Shown here: piece by piece, positions 59,103 through 64,000 of the stretch | Position numbering within the stretch: the first letter of the stretch is position 1 | Layout: every line of letters begins with the position of its first letter | DNA from: an uncultured Thermoleophilia bacterium | Lineage (GTDB): Bacteria; Actinomycetota; Thermoleophilia; UBA2241 | Direction: 5' to 3' | Assembly: GCA_963831295.1 (NCBI GenBank) | Contig: CAWHPR010000002.1 | Coordinates: forward strand, 58,118-122,117 | Length of the DNA stretch: 64,000 bases | The notes under the pieces: model-generated | Databases searched by the model: none | Told to the model about the DNA's origin: nothing | What the model saw: the letters and a program-made list of their open reading frames with translations, nothing else | Program-made: the position numbers and the translations under genes

Positions 59103-60421
59103 CTCCCGTGCCTCCCCTTGAAGTCGATGATCAACGGGACCCCTTCGAGAGAGAAGCGCCGTCGCAGCCGGTTCTCGACGAAGTAGCCGAAGTCCCGGGT
59201 GACCAGCGTGCGGTCGTTGACGTCGATGGCGAACCGCGGCGGCGAAGTCTGGTATTGAGCGATGTAGTACATCTTCAGCCGTCGCGAGCCCTTGGCCGGC
59301 AGCGGCCGCTCGGCCGCCAGCGCGGCAAGCGCGCGGTTGAGCTCCCCGGTCGCGATGTGGGCGGCGTAGCGGGCGTCCAGGGAGGCGATCATGGCGAGGA
59401 GATCGTCGACCCCGCGCCCGGTCCGCGCCGAGACGGCCATCGCGGGCGGCCTCTGGCGCAGCTTGCGGGCGGCGATACCGCCGACCTCATCGAGGTCGGG
59501 CTCGGCGAGATCGCTCTTGTTCACGGCGAGCACCGTGGCGCAGCCGCGCCGCGTCGCCTCGCTCGCGACGCTCAGGTCGATCTCGGTGAGCCCAAGCGTC
59601 GCGTCGAGCACGATGACGGCGACGTGGGCGCGATCGAGCCCCTGCAGGCTGCGCAGATGGGCGTAGTACTCGACGCCCTGCACCTTCGCGCTCTTGCGCA
59701 TGCCGGCGGTGTCGATGAAACGGAAGCCACCGTGCGCCGTCTGGACCACGGTGTCGATCGCGTCGCGCGTCGTCCCGGCCAGGTCGCTGACGATGGCCCG
59801 GGGTCGGCCGACGACGGCGTTGAAGAGCGACGACTTGCCGGCGTTGGGCCGACCGACGATGGCGACCGGCACGTTGTCGTCGGCCACCTCCTCCCCTTCG
59901 ACCTCTCCGAGGACGCCGCGCTCCCCGAGCCCGTCGAGGACCGTGTCCAGCAGATCGCCGGTCCCCAGGCCATGCACCGCCGAGACGATGCATGGCTCCC
60001 CGAAACCGAGTCCGTACAGCTCGCCGGGCAGCGCTTCCTGCGCCGGGTCGTCGATCTTGTTCGCCACGAGCACGACGGGGGCGTCCGAGCGGCGGAGCAC
60101 GTCGGCGATCTCGTGGTCGTCGCCAACGAGGCCGGTGCGCCCGTCGACCACGAAGAGGACGAGGTCGGCGCCGCCGATCGCGGCCTGGACCTGCTCACGC
60201 ACCTCCGCGGCGAACGGCTGGTCGTCACCGGTGTCGTACCCGCCGGTGTCCACCAGAACGAGATGCCGGCCGCGCCACTCCACGGCGATCTCCTTGCGAT
60301 CGCGAGTCACGCCGGGCTCGGCGTCCACCACGGCCGTGCGCGTACCGCTCAGGCGGTTGACGAGCGTGGACTTGCCGGCGTTCGGGGAGCCGACGACGAC
60401 GACGGAGGGCGGCAGCATCAT
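59099..60421 (-). CDS. der: Ribosome-associated GTPase Der/EngA (tandem GTPase domains plus KH-like domain). Start at MMLPPSVVVVGSPNAGKST; the ORF-track extension is spurious.
   Basis: Two G domains (GSPNAGKST and GRPNAGKSS). Confidence 0.93.
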   Translation of the reverse strand: MMLPPSVVVVGSPNAGKSTLVNRLSGTRTAVVDAEPGVTRDRKEIAVEWRGRHLVLVDTGGYDTGDDQPFAAEVREQVQAAIGGADLVLFVVDGRTGLVGDDHEIADVLRRSDAPVVLVANKIDDPAQEALPGELYGLGFGEPCIVSAVHGLGTGDLLDTVLDGLGERGVLGEVEGEEVADDNVPVAIVGRPNAGKSSLFNAVVGRPRAIVSDLAGTTRDAIDTVVQTAHGGFRFIDTAGMRKSAKVQGVEYYAHLRSLQGLDRAHVAVIVLDATLGLTEIDLSVASEATRRGCATVLAVNKSDLAEPDLDEVGGIAARKLRQRPPAMAVSARTGRGVDDLLAMIASLDARYAAHIATGELNRALAALAAERPLPAKGSRRLKMYYIAQYQTSPPRFAIDVNDRTLVTRDFGYFVENRLRRRFSLEGVPLIIDFKGRHGR

Positions 60422-61704
60422 CGCGCAAGTGTAGCAAACGCGGCGCGTAAGCTCTCGGCGAGCACGAGCCGGCCGGCGCAGGCCTCGGCCAGCGCACGCT
60501 CGTCGACTTCGTCGAGTGTCACCCCGAGCGCCTCCGGGAGCCAGTCGCGCGGCGCGACCAGCCATTCGTCGGCGGCAAGCGGAGCACGCGCCAGCGCGGC
60601 CAGCACCTCGCGGCCCCCGAGCAGGCCCGTCACCGTCACGTGCGGCCCGAACAGCTCGTTGGCGACGGAGAGAGGCCGCGCATGCAGGCCGTGGCCGGCG
60701 AGGCGCGCGCAGGCGCGCTCGACGACGGGAGCGGCCAGGGTGCCGCACAGCAGCCGCATGCGGGGCAGGCGGCGGCCGCGGGCGGCGCGCGCCTCGTGCG
60801 CGAAAGGAAAGCGCGCCTCCCTCAGGAAGACGGCCGCCACACCGACACCGTTCTCATACTGGAGCGGCGCGTCGGCGGCCGGCGGCATCCGACCCGCCAG
60901 AAGATGGAACTCGTCGGCGGCGTGCACGAAGCAACGCCCGAGGCGCCGCCGGCACTCACGCTGCCAGGCAGACACGCTCCGCAGCACGCCGCCGGCCTCC
61001 GCCGCCGTCACGCGGCGCAACTCGCCCTCCTCGGCCAGCGCGACGGGCACGACACCGAGGTCGGCGACCGCGTCGAGCCGGCACGTCTCGCGCACGGTCT
61101 CCTCCAGGACGGCCCCGTCGTTCCATCCCGGGCAGAGGACGACTTGCAGATGGAGCTCGATGCCCGCGGCGGCGAGCCGCAGCAGCGTCTGGCGCGAGTC
61201 TTCCGCCAGCCGCCCCATGAGCGCCACGCGAGCGGCATCGTCCCAGGCGTGCAGCGATACGTACAGCGGAGAGAGGCGAAGCTCCGCGATGCGCCCGAGG
61301 TCCTCCTCGTCGAGATTCGAGAGTGTGGTGAAGTTGCCGTGCAAGAACGACAGGCGGTAGTCGTCGTCCTTGACCGACAGACTCGAACGGAGACCGCGCG
61401 GCACCTGATCGACGAAGCAGAAGCGGCAGTTGTTGCGGCAGGTGCGGGGAGGGACCCCGAGCTCGTCCGCGAGCGAGATCCCGTGCCAGCCGTCGACCCG
61501 CGGTCGCACCACCAGGTCCAGCACGCGCTCGCCGCGCAGCACGGACAGGCGCAGCGCGCCGTCGGCGGCCGCCAGCTCCAGGTCGAGCACGTCGAGCGGG
61601 CTCACGCCGTTGATGGTGCGGATGCAGTCCCCGGCGCGCAGGCCGCCGCTCGCCGCCGGCCCGTCGGCCTCCGCGACCAGGAGCGCCGCGGGCCGGTCAG
61701 TCAC
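60418..61704 (-). CDS. PDZ-domain-containing radical SAM protein of the DUF512 family.
   Basis: N-terminal PDZ-like segment (GLRAGDCIRTINGVSP); CxxxCxxC motif CRNNCRFC; ATGA-coupled to der. Confidence 0.65.
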   Translation of the reverse strand: MTDRPAALLVAEADGPAASGGLRAGDCIRTINGVSPLDVLDLELAAADGALRLSVLRGERVLDLVVRPRVDGWHGISLADELGVPPRTCRNNCRFCFVDQVPRGLRSSLSVKDDDYRLSFLHGNFTTLSNLDEEDLGRIAELRLSPLYVSLHAWDDAARVALMGRLAEDSRQTLLRLAAAGIELHLQVVLCPGWNDGAVLEETVRETCRLDAVADLGVVPVALAEEGELRRVTAAEAGGVLRSVSAWQRECRRRLGRCFVHAADEFHLLAGRMPPAADAPLQYENGVGVAAVFLREARFPFAHEARAARGRRLPRMRLLCGTLAAPVVERACARLAGHGLHARPLSVANELFGPHVTVTGLLGGREVLAALARAPLAADEWLVAPRDWLPEALGVTLDEVDERALAEACAGRLVLAESLRAAFATLAR

Positions 61705-62620
61705 GGGCGGCCCTGCCGCACAGGATCTCGAGCGCCCGGATCGTCGCCGCGATCTCCTCCTCGGGAGTGGACGCTCCGGCCGTCACGCCGATGCGCCGAC
61801 ACCCTCGTATCCACTCCGCGCGGAGCTCCGCCGCCGTCTCGATGTGGAAGGTGCGCGGCTCGATCGCCCGGCAGAGCTTGGCGAGGCGTGCCGTGTTGGC
61901 GCTGTTGCGACCCCCGACGACGACCACGGCATCGACCTGCCCCGCGAGCTCGCAGGCTGCCGTCTGCCGCTTCTCGGTCGCCTCGCAGATGGTGTTGAAG
62001 ACGAGCATCTCCGGGACCAGCGGCGCGAGCGCGGCGGCAAGGCTCGCGAGGTGCTCGCGCGACTGCGTGGTCTGGACGACGACGCCGATGCGACGCCCGC
62101 TCAGCAGCCCCGGCTGCAGGCCCGCGACGTCCTCGACGACGACGGCGTCCGGCCCCGCGAACCCCTGAAGACCGACGACCTCGGGGTGGTCGCGCTCACC
62201 GAGGATCACGACCTGGTACCCCGACTGCCGCAGCTCTGCCGCCTTGCGCTGTGCGACGGCGACGAAGGGACAGGTGGCATCGACCACATGCAGACCGCGT
62301 CGTCGCGCCTCGGCGACCGCCTCCGGCGGCACCCCGTGGGTGCGCACGACGAGCGTACCGGCCGTCACCTCGTCGACCTCGTCGACCATGCGGGCGCCGC
62401 GCTCCTCGAGGCGCCGCACGACGGTCGGGTTGTGGATGATCGGCCCGAGGGTGGCGACCGGGCCCTTCGCGGTGAGGACGGCCTCCTCCGTCAGCCGCAG
62501 GGCGCGCTCGACGCCGTAGCAGTAGCCGGCATGGCGGGCCACCACGATCTCGGGGCAGCCCGGCGCGGCACGCTCCGAACGAGCGTCTTCCTGCGCCGCC
62601 GGATCGACCTCTCCGCTCAC
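61697..62620 (-). CDS. ispH: 4-hydroxy-3-methylbut-2-enyl diphosphate reductase.
   Basis: IspH/LytB family similarity with the three conserved Cys residues (CYGVERA, TCPFV, NTICEAT). Confidence 0.93.
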   Translation of the reverse strand: MSGEVDPAAQEDARSERAAPGCPEIVVARHAGYCYGVERALRLTEEAVLTAKGPVATLGPIIHNPTVVRRLEERGARMVDEVDEVTAGTLVVRTHGVPPEAVAEARRRGLHVVDATCPFVAVAQRKAAELRQSGYQVVILGERDHPEVVGLQGFAGPDAVVVEDVAGLQPGLLSGRRIGVVVQTTQSREHLASLAAALAPLVPEMLVFNTICEATEKRQTAACELAGQVDAVVVVGGRNSANTARLAKLCRAIEPRTFHIETAAELRAEWIRGCRRIGVTAGASTPEEEIAATIRALEILCGRAARD

Positions 62621-62630
62621 CTCGGCCCTC

Positions 62631-63278
62631 TCATCCGATGGCGTCGTACAACGCCGTCACCGCCTCCCGCATGCGTGCTGCGACCTCATGGTAGGCCGCG
62701 CTGCCCCGTCTGCCCTGCATATCGGACAGATCGAGCGGAGGACCGATCTTGACGCGAAGCGCCGGCAGCCCCGGGCGGCCGTTGCGGAGTATGCGGTTCG
62801 TTCCGCGCGTGGCGACGGGGACGACCGGCGCGCCGCTGCGCAGGGCGAGCAGCCCGACGCCGGGCAGGAACTCGTGGATCTCTTCGTCGGGCTGACGTGT
62901 CCCCTCGGGGAACATCAGCAGGGCCTCGCCCCCGGCGAGGAGGGCGAGCGCCTTCTCCAGCGCCCCCCGGTCGCCCGCGCCGCGGTCGATCGGAAAGGCC
63001 CCAAGTGCGGCAACGAGCCGACCGATGACGGGGACCTCGAAGAGCTCGCGCTTGGCCATGAAAGCGAGCGGCCGATCGAAGGCGATGCCGACGACCGCGG
63101 GGTCCACGTCCGCCTTGTGGTTGACGACGATGATGGCCGGCCCCGTCTCGGGCAGGTGCTCCGCCCCTTCGGCGCGGCAGCGGTACAGCCCGGCGGCGAT
63201 CGCCAGCACGATGCAGCGGAAGAACGTGTAGAGGCGACGGTCGCCCCGGCCTCGCAGCGGCATGCCCGCGACTCTCAC
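62631..63278 (-). CDS. plsC: 1-acyl-sn-glycerol-3-phosphate acyltransferase.
   Basis: Acyltransferase HxxxxD (NHKADVD) and FPEGTR motifs. Confidence 0.88.
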   Translation of the reverse strand: MRVAGMPLRGRGDRRLYTFFRCIVLAIAAGLYRCRAEGAEHLPETGPAIIVVNHKADVDPAVVGIAFDRPLAFMAKRELFEVPVIGRLVAALGAFPIDRGAGDRGALEKALALLAGGEALLMFPEGTRQPDEEIHEFLPGVGLLALRSGAPVVPVATRGTNRILRNGRPGLPALRVKIGPPLDLSDMQGRRGSAAYHEVAARMREAVTALYDAIG

Positions 63279-63934
63279 GCCCCGAGCCTCTGGCGGGCCA
63301 GACCCTCGACCGTGGCGACGACCTCCTCGAGCGTGAGGACCGAGGTGTCGAGCTCGACGGCGTCGGCGGCCTTGCGCAGCGGATTGACGGCTCTCGTGGT
63401 GTCCCGCCGATCTCGCTCGACCACCGCACGGACGACCTCGTCGTGGTCGACGGCGTGGCCGGCGGCGGCCAGCTCGTCGTAGCGCCGGCGGGCACGCACC
63501 TCCGGGCTCGCCGTGAGGAAGACCTTCAACTCCGCGTCAGGGCACACGTTCGTGCCGATGTCGCGGCCCTCCATCACGACGTCACCGTCGGCCGCCAGCG
63601 CCCGCTGCCGCTCGACCAGCAGTCGGCGCACCGCCGGCAGCGCCGACACGCGCGACGCCGCTTCGCCGGCGGCGAGCGTGCGGATCCCGACGCTCAGGTC
63701 ACGAGCGCCGGCGAAGAGGCGACCCTCGTCGTCGAAGCTCAGGTCGGCCGTCGCCGCGACCGCGGCGACGGCCTCCTCATCGCCGAGGTCGAGACCGGCC
63801 TCGCGAGCCAGCACGCCGACCGCACGGTACATGGCGCCCGTGTCGAGGTACACGAAGCCGAGCGCCACGGCGACACGCCGCGCCACCGTGCTCTTGCCGG
63901 AGCCTCCGGGCCCGTCGACCGCGAGGACGGTCAT
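63275..63934 (-). CDS. cmk: Cytidylate kinase.
   Basis: P-loop AVDGPGGSGKST and the Cmk family pattern. Confidence 0.93.
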   Translation of the reverse strand: MTVLAVDGPGGSGKSTVARRVAVALGFVYLDTGAMYRAVGVLAREAGLDLGDEEAVAAVAATADLSFDDEGRLFAGARDLSVGIRTLAAGEAASRVSALPAVRRLLVERQRALAADGDVVMEGRDIGTNVCPDAELKVFLTASPEVRARRRYDELAAAGHAVDHDEVVRAVVERDRRDTTRAVNPLRKAADAVELDTSVLTLEEVVATVEGLARQRLGA

Positions 63935-64000
63935 TCGACCGCCCTCGCGGTCGCCACGTCGTAGCCGAGACCCCCGAGCACGTGGGCGGTGCGGCGGCAG
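63931..64000 (-). CDS. 3' end of an upstream gene (...CRRTAHVLGGLGYDVATARAVE*). ATGA-coupled to cmk; identity not determinable from 23 codons.
   Basis: Open frame ending in a TGA that overlaps the cmk ATG. Confidence 0.3.
   Translation of the reverse strand, partial: CRRTAHVLGGLGYDVATARAVE

Noticed and set aside
1-64000. Search for CRISPR arrays, IS elements, integrases, toxin-antitoxin pairs, restriction-modification or other defence genes.
   Set aside because: No direct-repeat arrays, no transposase/integrase-like ORFs and no tRNA genes as integration targets were found. Every ORF of 60 codons or more with coding character is a conserved housekeeping gene in syntenic order.

Overview
High-GC (~72%) bacterial chromosome segment made up almost entirely of conserved housekeeping operons, nearly all on the minus strand. 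Gene order is actinobacterial with some Firmicutes-like blocks.

Gene order (minus strand unless marked +): rnj (partial), dapA, dapB, M16 peptidase, pnp, rpsO, ribF, truB, nrnA-like DHH, rbfA, DUF503, infB, ylxR, nusA, rimP. A small island follows: Cys-rich Zn-ribbon protein (+), L,D-transpeptidase, lemA (+), htpX (+), TPR protein, HD protein. Then: coaBC, rpoZ, gmk, mihF; pyrD(1B), pyrK, carB, carA, pyrC, pyrB, pyrR; rocD (+), rocA, rluD, lspA, small Zn-ribbon ORF, DUF167, divIVA, sepF, yggS, pgeF, S2P protease, DHH-CBS-CCA tRNA nucleotidyltransferase, recG, degV(fakB), DAK(fakA/yloV), asp23, rpmB (+). Finally: ribH, ribBA, ribE, ribD preceded by a clear FMN riboswitch; rpe, rsmB, fmt, def, priA, metK, gpsA, plsY, der, PDZ-radical-SAM (DUF512), ispH, plsC, cmk, and one partial upstream gene.

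I found no mobile elements, CRISPR arrays, defence systems or horizontally acquired islands. This is an ordinary core region.

Most notable observations:
1. Three conserved genes (rpsO, the M16 peptidase, gmk) encode family-conserved N-terminal residues upstream of any ATG/GTG/TTG. The only plausible initiators are CUG (AUC also possible for gmk), which would be a recurrent non-canonical initiation pattern.
2. rocA (P5C dehydrogenase) has a ~57-codon catalytic-core segment that is only readable in another frame, i.e. two compensating 1-nt indels.
3. Clear sigma70-like promoters with AT-rich -10 boxes (TATACT/TACACT) upstream of rimP, mihF (leaderless GTG start), ribD and pyrR.
4. FMN riboswitch with terminator upstream of ribD; a PyrR-binding loop plus terminator in the pyrR leader; a hairpin plus U-tract in the rimP-nusA-infB leader; a hairpin sequestering the Shine-Dalgarno in the rpsO leader.
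5. NusA carries an unusual C-terminal Cys3His zinc-finger-like motif plus an acidic tail.

Many ORF-track models carry spurious R/G/P-rich N-terminal extensions, a high-GC artefact. I corrected those starts using family homology and translational-coupling overlaps (ATGA/GTGA).
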